Of a DNA stretch of 64,000 nucleotides, positions 29,816 through 41,300 are shown piece after piece. The notes under the pieces were generated by a model. It had not been told where the DNA came from, searched no databases, and saw only the letters and a list, made by a program, of their open reading frames with translations. Origin of the DNA: Candidatus Hydrogenedentota bacterium (GTDB taxonomy: Bacteria > Hydrogenedentota > Hydrogenedentia > Hydrogenedentales > SLHB01); assembly GCA_020848835.1 (NCBI GenBank), contig JADLHJ010000011.1, positions 10,862 to 74,861 on the forward strand, in the 5' to 3' direction. The position numbers were made by a program, and so were the translations under genes. Position 1 is the stretch's first letter. Each line of letters opens with the position of its first letter.

Positions 29816-30129
29816 TGTGACACTTAGCAGCTCGCCCACACTGCGGATGAATGAGCAAACCGCATGCCGAAGGCTAATAACGGGCTTTGTACGCCGAAAT
29901 ATTGCTACGGAAATGTAAAAGGAACGCGCCAAGGCGAGTGACAACAATATCTTAGGAAAAACATAGGGGTATTGCCGGAAGGCGTAGGAAATCGTAGCGA
30001 AAACTCGTAGGAAATCACAACTGCATGCGATAAAGCCGACAAAGCCCTGATAAAGGTTATTCAGCGTTGCACAATAGTTTCATAGTATAGTTGTATATAT
30101 AAACAAATCAACCGCCCAAATCAATTCTA

Positions 30130-30933
30130 CTAACGTACAAATAGCTTCTGCGCGTTGCCACCCGCGATTGAACGTTTATTCAATTCATCAACATCAAGAC
30201 ATTGCAGCTTCAAAAAAGCCGGCGACGGCGTCTTGAACGGAAAGCCCGTCCCCAGCAATACACGTTCGGGCCCCAACGCCCCCACCATTGTCTCAATGTC
30301 TTTGCCAAGCACACTCGTCATCCGCGAGCACTCGACATAGAACGGCAGCGCGTGCATGCGTTTCCAGTGATCGCTGTCGCGCGGCCAGGAAAGGATCGAT
30401 TCCAATAAAATAAACGTCGCCTCCGGACGCTGCTCCGCAATCCCAAGGACTTGTTCGGGATCGAGATTGTCGAGCACATCCATCCAATGCCGCTGCCGCA
30501 AATCTTCGACGCGGCACTGAAACGACACCGGTAAACCGGCTTCGGTCGCGGCATCGATGATCGACAGACACTCGGCGCTTTCCAATGTGTACCCGTGATA
30601 AATCGGATACAACCGCAATGCCTTGAAGCCGAGGTCTACGCACTCTTTCAGATCGCGTTGCCATCCCGCATAGGCGGGATTGAGTGTGGCGTAGAGCAGA
30701 AAACGATCGGGGTGGGCGCGGGTTTCGTCGTAGAGTTTCTTGTTACCTTCGTGTGCATCGCGATACAGAATCGAATCGGCCGACGCAACACACGACCTGG
30801 ATATGCCGAACTGATCCATCATGGCGATTAGGCCTGCGGCATCGTTGCGGCGCAGTCTGCGAAACGCCCAATTACCGATGAACGTGTGTGCGTCAATGAC
30901 GTCCGCGCCGAAGATCGAATCGTACTTACTCAC
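30130..30933 (-). CDS. amidohydrolase-2 family (TIM-barrel metal-dependent hydrolase)
   Basis: N-terminal VIDAHTFIG and C-terminal metal-binding region typical of PF04909-like proteins. Confidence 0.7.
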   Translation of the reverse strand: MSKYDSIFGADVIDAHTFIGNWAFRRLRRNDAAGLIAMMDQFGISRSCVASADSILYRDAHEGNKKLYDETRAHPDRFLLYATLNPAYAGWQRDLKECVDLGFKALRLYPIYHGYTLESAECLSIIDAATEAGLPVSFQCRVEDLRQRHWMDVLDNLDPEQVLGIAEQRPEATFILLESILSWPRDSDHWKRMHALPFYVECSRMTSVLGKDIETMVGALGPERVLLGTGFPFKTPSPAFLKLQCLDVDELNKRSIAGGNAQKLFVR

Positions 30934-31703
30934 GCGACAGCCCTCTTATCGAGTATCGCCGCAAAATTTCCACCGAGTACGCGTGCGCGCTGCTCATCGG
31001 TCAGGTTCGCATCGAGAATCTTCCCGACGCCGCCCTCTATCGTCATATCGGTCGCAAACAAGATTCGTTCGACGCCGATCGCCGCAACCGCTTTGTCAAC
31101 CATCCACTCATCGATCACGCTGCCTGCCGTGTCGAGATACACCGTTGGGGCTTCTTGCAAATGTTTCAGCGCCCATTCCCAGTCTCCCCCGCCGCCTAAA
31201 TGAGCATGGATAAGAATCAGCTTCGGGAAACGCTTCACCGCGCGCACAAAATGCGCCGCGTCGCTGATGAAGGGCTGTAACTTCTGCGTAGTTGGATCCA
31301 TCGGATGACCGGCATGCGACAACACCGGTATCTGCCAATCGCTGGCAAGCTGCAAAATTGGCGCGACGATGTCATCGTCGATGAAGTGCTGGTTGTATAA
31401 CTTGATGCCGATAAACCCGTCGTCTTTAATCCGCGCCTTCACTTCGTCCAGTGCCTTAGGATCCGACGGATTCACATAACAATAGCCGCGGTACCGTTTC
31501 GGATGCCGCGCAATCGCCTGCTTCACGCGCTCGTTCGCGCCATGAAATTCGTCGTAAGTTAGCGGCCCGGTAAGCTGTAGATCGGACACGCAAAACACAT
31601 CGATGCCCAAAAGGTCGCCCGCCTCGATCGTCGCATCGCAATACGCCGTATCCAGCGAACCATCCTTCGCCGCCCGCACGTGCATGTGGCAATCAATCAC
31701 CAT
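30930..31703 (-). CDS. amidohydrolase-2 family protein (paralog)
   Basis: MVIDCHMHV start and HAHLGGGGDW...FATD motifs. 4-nt overlap with the downstream paralog. Confidence 0.75.
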   Translation of the reverse strand: MVIDCHMHVRAAKDGSLDTAYCDATIEAGDLLGIDVFCVSDLQLTGPLTYDEFHGANERVKQAIARHPKRYRGYCYVNPSDPKALDEVKARIKDDGFIGIKLYNQHFIDDDIVAPILQLASDWQIPVLSHAGHPMDPTTQKLQPFISDAAHFVRAVKRFPKLILIHAHLGGGGDWEWALKHLQEAPTVYLDTAGSVIDEWMVDKAVAAIGVERILFATDMTIEGGVGKILDANLTDEQRARVLGGNFAAILDKRAVA

Positions 31704-31899
31704 AATTCCACCACGAAGGCACGAAGCACACGAAGAGGAACTTCTGGGAAAGAAATTGCAGGCTTAGGAATTGACGCTTTAAAGTCAAAATCGAGCAACT
31801 GAGAATCTGGTGCAATTCGTTCCACTGACATCTTTCTTCTAAAACGCTTCTTAGTTTTTATATTCTTCGTGCCCTTCGTGCCTTCGTGATAAAGTCCTT

Positions 31900-32694
31900 C
31901 TATTCGGCTTCGAAGCCGAATAAGCCCATCACGTGATAGCCGCTGTCCACGTGGACCACCTCACCGGTGATTGCACTCGAATAATCCGACAACAAGAATA
32001 CCGTGGTCTGACCCACATCGGTCTGCGTCACATTGCGGCGCATCGGCGCGACCTTCTCAGCCGCGGTCAACATGCCGCGCATGCCGGCTATAGCACTCGC
32101 CGACAAGGTACGTATCGGCCCCGCGCTGATGCAGTTCACGCGGATGCCCTTCGGCCCGAGATCGTTGGCGAGATACCGCGCGCTGGCCTCCAGCGCGGCC
32201 TTCGCCACGCCCATCACGTTGTACCGCGGCACAACTTTTTCCGCGCCGTAATACGTCATCGCGACGACGCTCCCGCCGTTCGGCATCAGCGGCGCTGCCT
32301 CGCGTGCCAGCGCCACGAGCGAGTACGCCGAAATGTCGAGCGCCAGCGTGAAGTTTGCGCGCGGCGTGGTGATGTATTGGTCTTTCAAATCTTCGCGGTC
32401 CGCAAATGCGACCGAATGAATCACGAAGTCGATAGTGCCCCACTCTTTTTTTATAGCTTCGAAAAACGAGGCAATTTCTTCGTCGCTCTGCACGTTACAA
32501 TTAAGTACGGGCGACCCGGGAAGAAATTCATCCACCAGTTTGCGCACGCGCTTTTCCAGCGATTCGCCCAAATAATTGAACGCCAACTGCGCCCCTTGCG
32601 CCGCGCACTCCTGCGCACAACCCCACGCAATCGATTTTTCGTTCGCAACGCCAAACACGACGCCGCGCTTCCCCGCGAGCAGACCTTCAGGCAT
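31900..32694 (-). CDS. fabI: enoyl-[acyl-carrier-protein] reductase (NADH), FabI
   Basis: LLAGKRGVVFGVANEKSIAWG start. Catalytic Tyr/Lys region MTYYGAEKVVPRYNVMGVAKAALE. ATG at 32694. Confidence 0.85.
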   Translation of the reverse strand: MPEGLLAGKRGVVFGVANEKSIAWGCAQECAAQGAQLAFNYLGESLEKRVRKLVDEFLPGSPVLNCNVQSDEEIASFFEAIKKEWGTIDFVIHSVAFADREDLKDQYITTPRANFTLALDISAYSLVALAREAAPLMPNGGSVVAMTYYGAEKVVPRYNVMGVAKAALEASARYLANDLGPKGIRVNCISAGPIRTLSASAIAGMRGMLTAAEKVAPMRRNVTQTDVGQTTVFLLSDYSSAITGEVVHVDSGYHVMGLFGFEAE

Positions 32695-32783
32695 AAAGCC
32701 TCCTATAGGATTTACATCACCAAAGTCGGCAATCCTAGCGCACAATCGCACTCTAAGCCAAGGTTTGCTCTTTTAATTCTAAA

Positions 32784-33467
32784 TCAACCACTCGGAGAAG
32801 GTTTTTTTGGTGAGGAATCTCGATAGTACACCCAGTTTCCGCCTTGCCAATCCCACTGCAAAAACGGGCCGCCACCGGGCCCGGATTCCGTTATCCACAC
32901 TGTGCCCGGCGTTTTGCCTATCCCAGGCACGTTTACGACCATATGGGATCCGACACGAACCACTTCACAGTCCTCTGCCTCGTATCGAATAATCGGCAAA
33001 CGCACGCGATCCCATTCACGCAATATATCGTCGCACGCGTTGGCGGATAGTTCGCCACGAACCGGATATCTTCCTTGCGATTCGTAGTAGTCTCGCGATG
33101 CTTTGACGAGTAGTTCCCCAAATGTCTTGGCCTGTACAAGTCCCAAACGAAATGCACAACCAACCGCCAATGCGGTCAGCAGCCCCACAATGATTAGGCT
33201 AATTCCAATGCACAAGCACCCGTACGGCATCTTCGCCTGCAAAAGGGAGACAACAAACACGCTTATCAGCCAAATCCATACAGTGACCGTTGTCGCGTCT
33301 GATGTCAGCGGGTTCGCAAAGCTGCCGACGAGTAGTATTACTCCGCTTGTAAAAATAGACCCGAGGAAGTGCGTTGTTACTCGCTCCCAAAAAGGAACGA
33401 TTCGCGTTTGCGGTCTGTCTTTCACGGCCGTTGAGTGCTCACTCGCAAATCGGTACGCTACCGACAC
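32784..33467 (-). CDS. hypothetical membrane protein
   Basis: Three or four hydrophobic segments. No recognisable domain. Confidence 0.45.
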   Translation of the reverse strand: MSVAYRFASEHSTAVKDRPQTRIVPFWERVTTHFLGSIFTSGVILLVGSFANPLTSDATTVTVWIWLISVFVVSLLQAKMPYGCLCIGISLIIVGLLTALAVGCAFRLGLVQAKTFGELLVKASRDYYESQGRYPVRGELSANACDDILREWDRVRLPIIRYEAEDCEVVRVGSHMVVNVPGIGKTPGTVWITESGPGGGPFLQWDWQGGNWVYYRDSSPKKPSPSG

Positions 33468-33494
33468 AAAGTCTATCTTCAGACATGAGATAAG

Positions 33495-36400
33495 TTAACC
33501 GTAATACGGTCGCATCCCTACCGCAAGCTTGCCCACGCGCAGAGCGTTCTCTATCTGCGTGATTCCGATATCGCGCGCAGTCTCCAGCATCCGCAGTTGG
33601 TTTGCTTCTAACGCTGCGATCGGGGTTCCGTCTTGAAATAGAAGCCTATTGTTGGTCAACGACGATACCCGCGCGCCCGGCGTAACAATACCGACCAGGT
33701 TCAGCGGGTCTGCGGCACTGATCGTAACGAGCTCGCCCTTCGCCTCTTTTCTGCGCAAACTCCGCAGCGTGCCGACAGCTTCCGGCAGCGCGAATTGTTC
33801 GCCGCTCACACCGCTGACGAAATACCCGCCGCGAATTTCGCCGCGCGCTTCCCAGCGGCGATAAATGCGCGCGAGGTCATACCACGTTACGTTGAATGCC
33901 TCGCGCTCGAGCAAGCGGCGAAACACCACGCCATATCGGCGCAGCAGCGTACGCGCGAAACGCTCTTGCGCCGCTTGCGTCTCCGGTGATACGGAATATG
34001 TGCGTGCGTCACTAAGCGGCGGCGCGTCTGCCCATGCGGGTCTCAATAACGACCAGCGCCCCGCGTGCTCCACGCTTGCAATATTCGTCTTCGCATGACG
34101 CCTGCCTTCGTTGCGCCCGAGGGTGGGCCGCTTGTCCGACGGCACGAGTAGTGCGCGCAACCCATCGAAACCATCCGCTGTGACAATCCCGAGCGATGCC
34201 AATTCCGCGAGCGACTGCTCCACCTGCACGGGCAACAGTCCCGACGAGCGGACAATTTCTGTGAAGAACTGCGCGCCGCTTTTATTCAATGCGTCGAACA
34301 CGCGGCGCGCATTCGCCGGCAACTCGGCGGTTTGCGGCCCGCTCGACAATTGCAACCAATCGTGAAGTGACTCACGCAGGTAAAGTGCCATCGGGCTGCT
34401 GCGCAATGGCGCGAACATTTTTGCCACACCGTTCTGCGGCGCGGTGAATCGGCCCCACCCCGCGCGTCCCGAAAAACACAAGCGATCCAAGTGGTGCGAT
34501 TTGTAATCGCCCACGCGCGCGCTAATGACCTCCGGTTCCCAGGCGGACAAGGGCAGCTCGCAACCGTCAAGCAATTCAATGATGGTCTCGACACCATGCG
34601 GCCCATTCAAGCGATGCTCAGAATCCACATGCTGCCACGCAAACAAAAACCGCAAGTACTCGTGTGCAGACACCGCTTGTATCTCGGAGCGCAGCCGATC
34701 GATGGTCATGCGGTGGATACGTGCGAGCAATCGCCGGTCACACCATTCCGTTTCCTCCGCATCGGGGCGAAAATGTCCGCGCAACACGAAGCCTTCGCCT
34801 TCCAACGCAACCAACGCGATTTCGATGTCAGACGCAGCGATATAGATCGCGCGCGACAACGCAGCGACGGTAATTGGCCCGGACACTTCTATCCGCCCGC
34901 GAACCAGTTCACGCACGGCTTCTTCGCGCGTATTGGACCACTCACCCACTTCCGGAACAAAGGCGGCATCAAATGCGCCGCCGAAAATCACGCGCAACAT
35001 CGGCACCCGTTCCGAAGCCGTATAGTAGGTCATTTCGCCCAAACGGGCCATGGCCACCCGGCGTTGCGCAATCAGTTCGTCGAGCACGCGGTTCGCGTCG
35101 AGTTCGAGCGATTCGTCGCGGGCGCGGACCGTGCGCCGAATCTCCTCCTCAGACATCACGCCTACCATCATTAATGCATCGTGCAATTCGTCTGCGTTGC
35201 TCGCATCCGGCCAGGCGTCCGCCTGCACTTTCTTGATCGCCGCGATATCCAGCGCGCCGAGTTCATCACCGCGCGCGGGTTCCGATGCGCGCCGCGTGTA
35301 TACCGCCTGCGTGCGGCGCTCTTCCAAGGGCGCGTTATCCAGGAACGCGTACGGCTTCGCATTCAAAATCTCGTGCGCGAATACCGATGGCTCCGGCAAA
35401 TCGCGCGCGATGCAGCGAATAACGCCCGCTTCCATGCGCCGCAGCACGGCCTCAAGCCCGTCGATATCCATCGCTTCCGTGAGACAGTCTTCAATAGTCT
35501 GCGTAATTAAAGGATGGTCAGGAACTTCGCGGTCGCCCACGATGTGTTCGAGGCACGCCAATTGATCGGGAAACACCGCGGCCATCAAGTTCTCTGCTTC
35601 CATTCGTTGTAAAGGCGCAGGCAATCGCGCATTGCCACGACGACGCGGTATCGCAAGCGACCGCGTGGCATTCCAGCGCCAGCGTATCGTGAACATCGGC
35701 GCATCGAGCAAGGCTTGCACCAGCACCTCGCGCACAGTATTCGCGTGCAAATACCGGAACACGTCTTCGAGCGGAAACGAATGCTGAGTTCCCAATGAGA
35801 TTACGATTGCGTCTTCCGTCGCGGCCGCCTGCAACTCGAAATTGAAACTCCTGCAAAATCGCTTTCGCAGCGCAAGCCCCCACGCGCGATTGATGCGATT
35901 GCCATAAGGCGAATGCAACACCAACTGCATCCCGCCGGATTCGTCAAAGAACCGCTCCAACACCAATGTATGTTGCGATGGAATTACACCCAAAGTGCGG
36001 TATGCATCGGCGAAATACGATGCGAGCTGTTCCGCGCCGTGCCGCGGCAACATGCCATTCAACTCCGCGCACAACCATTCGGTAAGATTGCCGGATGTAT
36101 TTGCTTGCCGCGGTGCACTCAATTCTACGGCAGACCCGCCAGACCCTATAGCCTCGGCAGACCCGATTAGTATTCGCCCACATTCTTCGCGCAATTGCGA
36201 CACCGCGCGCGACAATTCATCCGTCCGCGACGGCGCCTCGCCGAGCCAGAACGGAATCCCCGGCGGTTGTCCTTTCGCATCCTCGACGCGCACTGTGCTC
36301 GCATTGATCCCGAGAATGCGCCACGACGTATTGCCCAGTTGGAAAATGTCACCGGCCATGCTCTCGACTGCGAAGTCTTCATTCACCGTGCCGATAAATG

Positions 36401-37940
36401 TGTCAGATGCATCGAGCACGACACGATAGTCCGCGTTATCTGGGATCGCGCCGCCGGATGTCAGCGCGAGCAACCGCGCACTGCGACGCCCGCGGATGCG
36501 ATGGTTGATCTTGTCGTGATGAATCAGCGCGGCGCGGCGTCCGCGCTTCGTGCTGAAACCCTCCGCGAGCATGCAGACGACTTTATCGAATTCCTCGCGC
36601 GCGAGATTGCGATACGGCCACGCGCGGCGAATAAGGTCGAACACTTCGTTTTCATCGAGATCGTCGTTGCCCGCCATCGCAACGATCTGTTGCGCGAGGA
36701 CATCCAGCGGCTTCTCAGGAACGAGCAACCGATCGAGATCGCCGCGTTGTACCGCGCGCAGCAACGCAACGCATTCGACCAATTCATCGCGCGTGAGCGG
36801 AAACAAACGTCCTTTGGGCAACCCGCCGAGCCGATGTTCCGCACGCCCCACGCGTTGCAGAAAAGCGGCAATGGATCGCGTCGATCCCAACTGACACACG
36901 AGATCGACCGACCCAATATCGATACCGAGTTCCAGCGAAGCCGTCGCCACCAGCGCTTTCAGCTCGCCGCGCTTCAGGCGATCTTCCGCGTTCAACCGCA
37001 ACTCTGCAGACAAACTGCCATGATGCGACGTAACGAATTCTTCGCCGATCAATTCGCCAAGCTGCCGCGTGACGCGTTCCGCCATTCTGCGCGTGTTCAC
37101 GAATACTAGCGTGGTCTTGTGCGCTTCAATCAGCGCCGCGATACGTTTGTAGACCTCTTCCCAAACCTCGTTCGACATCACCGCTTCGAGCTGCGACCCC
37201 GGCAGTTCGAGCGCGAGATCCATCTTGCGCTTGTGGCCCACGTTAACAATTGCGCAATCCGGTTCGTTCGCCGAATTCACGGCACGCGCGCCGACAAGGA
37301 ATCGCGCGACTTCTTCAATCGGCTTCTGCGTCGCGGACAGGCCAATTCGTTGCAACGGCCGGCCCGTCAACGTTTCGAGGCGTTCGATGCTCAAGGCAAG
37401 ATGCGATCCGCGACGGTCGTCCGCAATCGCGTGAATCTCATCGACAATCAACGTCCGCACCGTGCGCAACATCGCGCGCCCCGACTGGGAAGTCAGCAAA
37501 AGGTAGAATGATTCAGGCGTGGTCACCACAATGTGCGGCGGCTTCTTGATCAGCGCGCGCCGCGCCGCCGCCGAAGTGTCCCCCGTTCGCACCTCCGCCC
37601 GCACATCAACCGCACGGCCATCCATCGCAAGAAACGCCGCGCGAATTCCCTCCAACGGCTCCTGCAGATTTTTGCGGATGTCATTCGACAGTGCCTTCAA
37701 CGGCGAGACGTAAACGACACGCGTTTCGTCTGGCAACGGCGATTCCGCGCCCTCGCGAAACAGGGTATCGAGCGACGCAAGAAAAGCCGAAAGCGTCTTA
37801 CCGGAACCCGTCGGCGCAGCGATCAACACATGCCGGCCCGACTGAATCGCCGGCCAGCCCAATGCCTGCGGCTCAGTAGGCCCGGCAAAGGTCCGCGAAA
37901 ACCACCGCATCACGGCGGGATGAAATTGAAACGTGTTCAT
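33495..37940 (-). CDS. lhr: Lhr-like large ATP-dependent DEAD/DEAH-box helicase
   Basis: Walker A AAPTGSGKT. DEIH box LIVDEIHAIADDRRG. 1481-aa length typical of Lhr. Confidence 0.85.
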   Translation of the reverse strand: MNTFQFHPAVMRWFSRTFAGPTEPQALGWPAIQSGRHVLIAAPTGSGKTLSAFLASLDTLFREGAESPLPDETRVVYVSPLKALSNDIRKNLQEPLEGIRAAFLAMDGRAVDVRAEVRTGDTSAAARRALIKKPPHIVVTTPESFYLLLTSQSGRAMLRTVRTLIVDEIHAIADDRRGSHLALSIERLETLTGRPLQRIGLSATQKPIEEVARFLVGARAVNSANEPDCAIVNVGHKRKMDLALELPGSQLEAVMSNEVWEEVYKRIAALIEAHKTTLVFVNTRRMAERVTRQLGELIGEEFVTSHHGSLSAELRLNAEDRLKRGELKALVATASLELGIDIGSVDLVCQLGSTRSIAAFLQRVGRAEHRLGGLPKGRLFPLTRDELVECVALLRAVQRGDLDRLLVPEKPLDVLAQQIVAMAGNDDLDENEVFDLIRRAWPYRNLAREEFDKVVCMLAEGFSTKRGRRAALIHHDKINHRIRGRRSARLLALTSGGAIPDNADYRVVLDASDTFIGTVNEDFAVESMAGDIFQLGNTSWRILGINASTVRVEDAKGQPPGIPFWLGEAPSRTDELSRAVSQLREECGRILIGSAEAIGSGGSAVELSAPRQANTSGNLTEWLCAELNGMLPRHGAEQLASYFADAYRTLGVIPSQHTLVLERFFDESGGMQLVLHSPYGNRINRAWGLALRKRFCRSFNFELQAAATEDAIVISLGTQHSFPLEDVFRYLHANTVREVLVQALLDAPMFTIRWRWNATRSLAIPRRRGNARLPAPLQRMEAENLMAAVFPDQLACLEHIVGDREVPDHPLITQTIEDCLTEAMDIDGLEAVLRRMEAGVIRCIARDLPEPSVFAHEILNAKPYAFLDNAPLEERRTQAVYTRRASEPARGDELGALDIAAIKKVQADAWPDASNADELHDALMMVGVMSEEEIRRTVRARDESLELDANRVLDELIAQRRVAMARLGEMTYYTASERVPMLRVIFGGAFDAAFVPEVGEWSNTREEAVRELVRGRIEVSGPITVAALSRAIYIAASDIEIALVALEGEGFVLRGHFRPDAEETEWCDRRLLARIHRMTIDRLRSEIQAVSAHEYLRFLFAWQHVDSEHRLNGPHGVETIIELLDGCELPLSAWEPEVISARVGDYKSHHLDRLCFSGRAGWGRFTAPQNGVAKMFAPLRSSPMALYLRESLHDWLQLSSGPQTAELPANARRVFDALNKSGAQFFTEIVRSSGLLPVQVEQSLAELASLGIVTADGFDGLRALLVPSDKRPTLGRNEGRRHAKTNIASVEHAGRWSLLRPAWADAPPLSDARTYSVSPETQAAQERFARTLLRRYGVVFRRLLEREAFNVTWYDLARIYRRWEARGEIRGGYFVSGVSGEQFALPEAVGTLRSLRRKEAKGELVTISAADPLNLVGIVTPGARVSSLTNNRLLFQDGTPIAALEANQLRMLETARDIGITQIENALRVGKLAVGMRPYYG

Positions 37941-38009
37941 AAGTGAGGCTCTACACGCGAAAATTGCAGCAGCCTTATTCTACCGCGAAAAGTTGAATCT
38001 CCCAAAGGA

Positions 38010-38036
38010 GCACGGGCGTCCCGCCCGTGATTGACC
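38010..38036. repeat. dispersed hairpin repeat family A, copy 2
   Basis: Identical 27-mer to 277..303, here in the divergent lhr/ECF-fusion intergenic region. Confidence 0.6.
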
Positions 38037-38314
38037 GCAACGATTACAGCATGCCGTCACAACAACGACCCCACCGCGATCCGCCGCAATGCGAGACTAA
38101 TTGTCCTCTAATTTTCCTCGTATTCTTGCTTAGACGCAGCTTTAGTCAATTAAACAGGGGTCGTTTCGCAGAACTAGTCGCGCGAAAACAGTATCTGTCA
38201 ACCGTTTCTCCCTTGATTTCCATTGCCAAGTCAGCGCCCAAAGTGCAACGCACTGGGCAAGTAACTAGAGGTAAGTCAGCAAGAATCGCAGAGTAGAGAA
38301 ATGCGACAGCTCCC

Positions 38315-41300
38315 ATGTCACACTTTTGCCCCGCCATGGCACATGATAGGTGCAAGGAGACAAGGGCAGTGCTGGGTATTGCGCGAAATAACGATGTTGA
38401 GCTGATCCGGAGGACACTGTCAGGACAACGCGACGCGTTTGGTTTGCTGGTGGATCGCTATCTGCGTTTTGCCTATGCCATCGCGTACGCACGGGCGCAC
38501 TCGCGTACGGATGCCGACGACGTTGTCCAAGACTCCTTCCTCACCGCTTACCAGCAACTGAATACCCTTCGCGAACCCGCACGGTTCTCCGCGTGGCTGG
38601 CCACGATCGTGCGCAGGTTGTCTGGAAAATCGAACCAGCGCGCGCGACTCGCCGAGTCGGCGGAATCAGCCGCGGCGCCAAGCGAGTTAGTCCATCCAGA
38701 ACACGAACGCGATGAACTCCGCGCACTTATCCGCACGGAAGTACAAGCGTTGGATGAATCGGACCGCGAAGTCATTCTGCTCTGCTACTTCGCAGGCAAG
38801 TCCGCGGGCGAAATTGCAGCGGCACTGGATTCTACCCCCGCGGCGATTCGTAAACGCCTCCAGCGCGCCCGCGAAAAACTCGGCGAGCGGCTCCTCTCGT
38901 CCATCGCTGAAACGTCCAAACCAAATACTGACGCAAACAAACAGATCATGGGCGTTATCGCTGCGGCGCCTACAGTGTGGAACGTGACAACGTCCAGCAC
39001 AGGCGTGTTAACAACAGGAGGCGCATTTGCAATGAAAGTCGCGGCCGTTTTAGCAGTGGTTCTGGCTCTGGGCGGCGGCGCCTACAGTTTGCGCAACCGG
39101 AGTCTTGACGCAAATAAGCCGTCCGCGCCAACGCAATACGCAAAAACTTCTTCGACTTCTGCCCCCAGACAAGTGCCGAAAGCTGATACTGAAGTCGCGA
39201 CAAATGAAGCAGATAAAGCCGCAGATAAATGGGTATCCGTCGCTCCTAAATATCCCTTTCGCTTCGAAGCTATTGTGCTCGATCCGAATGGAGAGATTGC
39301 GGTAGACGTTCCGGTCCAAATCAGAGTGCTCGAAAGATACTCGCCATCCTTCAATGGGACGGATAGGGTCATTGCCGAAGCTTCCGTGAGAAGCGACGAA
39401 AACGGTTGTGTTGTTGCGCAACTAGAGAGCGGGCCGCAGTCAGATCAAGGCTATGTCTACATCGAGCTCTCTGCGCAACGAGATACTACAGGCCGCTATA
39501 CAAAAGCGATGTTTTCACAGTCAACAACGAGACTCTACGCGCTTCAACTCATATCATTGGGAACCATTCGCGGACTGGTGCGAGATGCTCTGGGCAACCC
39601 CATCGAGAATGCTCGCATAGAACCACGCGCCTACGATCGTCCAGATGGTCAATCTCACATGTATCAATGGAACGAAAGCGGCGTCGTCACTGCCAATGAC
39701 GGCACTTTTAGAATTGACCACCTGTACGCTGGTCGTTGGCAATTCCAAATCATTGCCGACGGTTTCGCGCCCAAGTTGACCGAGTTCATTCCGACCGAAT
39801 CAAACCTTGAGATAACGCTGGATCCGGGTCTTCGTCTGGCAGGAACGCTCATCGACGACGCTTCTGGAAACGTAGCTCCCAACGTACGCTTGCAACTCTC
39901 TTCGAAACAGATGTGGCAGGAGCGACATCAATCGACTACAGACTCGAATGGCCACTTTACCTTTTCCTCGCTGAGCAGTGGTGTGTATCAATTGAATACA
40001 GATGATCACCCCCACTACATCGCGCTGGAGCAAAGCGAAATCACAGTGCAGAATTCGGTCGAAGACTTGGCGATTCACCTTGAAACTGGTGGAATCATCA
40101 CTGGCCAACTTGTTGATGCGGATTCGCAGAAAGGCATTGCGGGCACAAAAGCCGTGGCGAATCTTACTGCGTCATCGCAAACGAAACACCCAAGAAACCG
40201 TTCGGAGGCCACGACGGACAAAAACGGGAATTATCAAATTGAAGGACTTCCCTCGGGCGAATATAAGGTGATGTTCTGGTCACCCGACGCGTTACCTAAA
40301 GCAACACCAGAATCAATCCAATTGATGCCCACTACGAACATTGCGGCGGGCAAGACGGTCGAGTTACATGCCCACGCCATTGACCGCCGAAACCAAATTC
40401 GAGGTAATGTGCGCACGATAGACGGCAAAGCCATTCAAGGGATATATGTCTTCGCAGTCGCCCTCGATCATCCGGAGTGGTACGACCCCACCATTATTTC
40501 TTTCAACGGCGTGAGGACCGATGAACACGGTACATTTGTAATTTATCTTCCCGGGACTTCGCAAAACACTTTCGTTATTGCAAGAGGTCTTGGATTTGCC
40601 ACTCGAGAATCAGGCCCGTATATCGTCCATGGCCAGCCAGACGATGCGATAAATCTCATCGCATATCCCGTTGGCCGAATACTTGGTCAGGTAATCGATT
40701 CGCGCGGCGCACGAATTTCCCGGGCACGGTTTACATACCGGGGATCGGCTTCGCCGTTGCAGCAGACCAACACCAAACCCGGTTCTTCCAATAGTTTGAA
40801 TAGACTGCTTGAACGAGATCAATTATCCGAAGACGGTAATTTTTATCTTACGAATCTTCCTCCTGACACTTACACCTTTGAATACAAAGGAAGTTCGACA
40901 TCCGCAACTCTCGAACAAGCCAAGACGCTTCGAAGTTTTAGTATTTCGGCGGCCCCTTTGGGTAGCGCGATCCTTTCTGGAAACGTCACGATCAAGAAGG
41001 TAGCGGCAGAAGACGTGCTCATTCAGATATTGGGAGGGACCGAAGGAAGCAGTAGTGAGACTAAAACCAATGCCTATGGAAACTTTTCACAGGTTGATAT
41101 GCCCGAAGGCGAATATAATCTAATCATAAATTGCCGGGACGACGCAGACGGTGCGCGCATTGTGCGTCGTTCATCTACAAAAGTGACTCTTCCCGCGTCA
41201 GGCACGACGACGCTCAATACGGACTTCGCAACGGGTGATTGTGGAATCGAGGGACATATTAAAGAGAATGGGAAAGCGGTACGCGCCGAATTTTACATGG

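Noticed and set aside
31893-31918. Hairpin CTATTCGGCTTCGAAGCCGAATAAG that looked like a terminator
   Set aside because: It lies inside the fabI coding sequence (it encodes the C-terminal GLFGFEAE and stop), not downstream of a gene.
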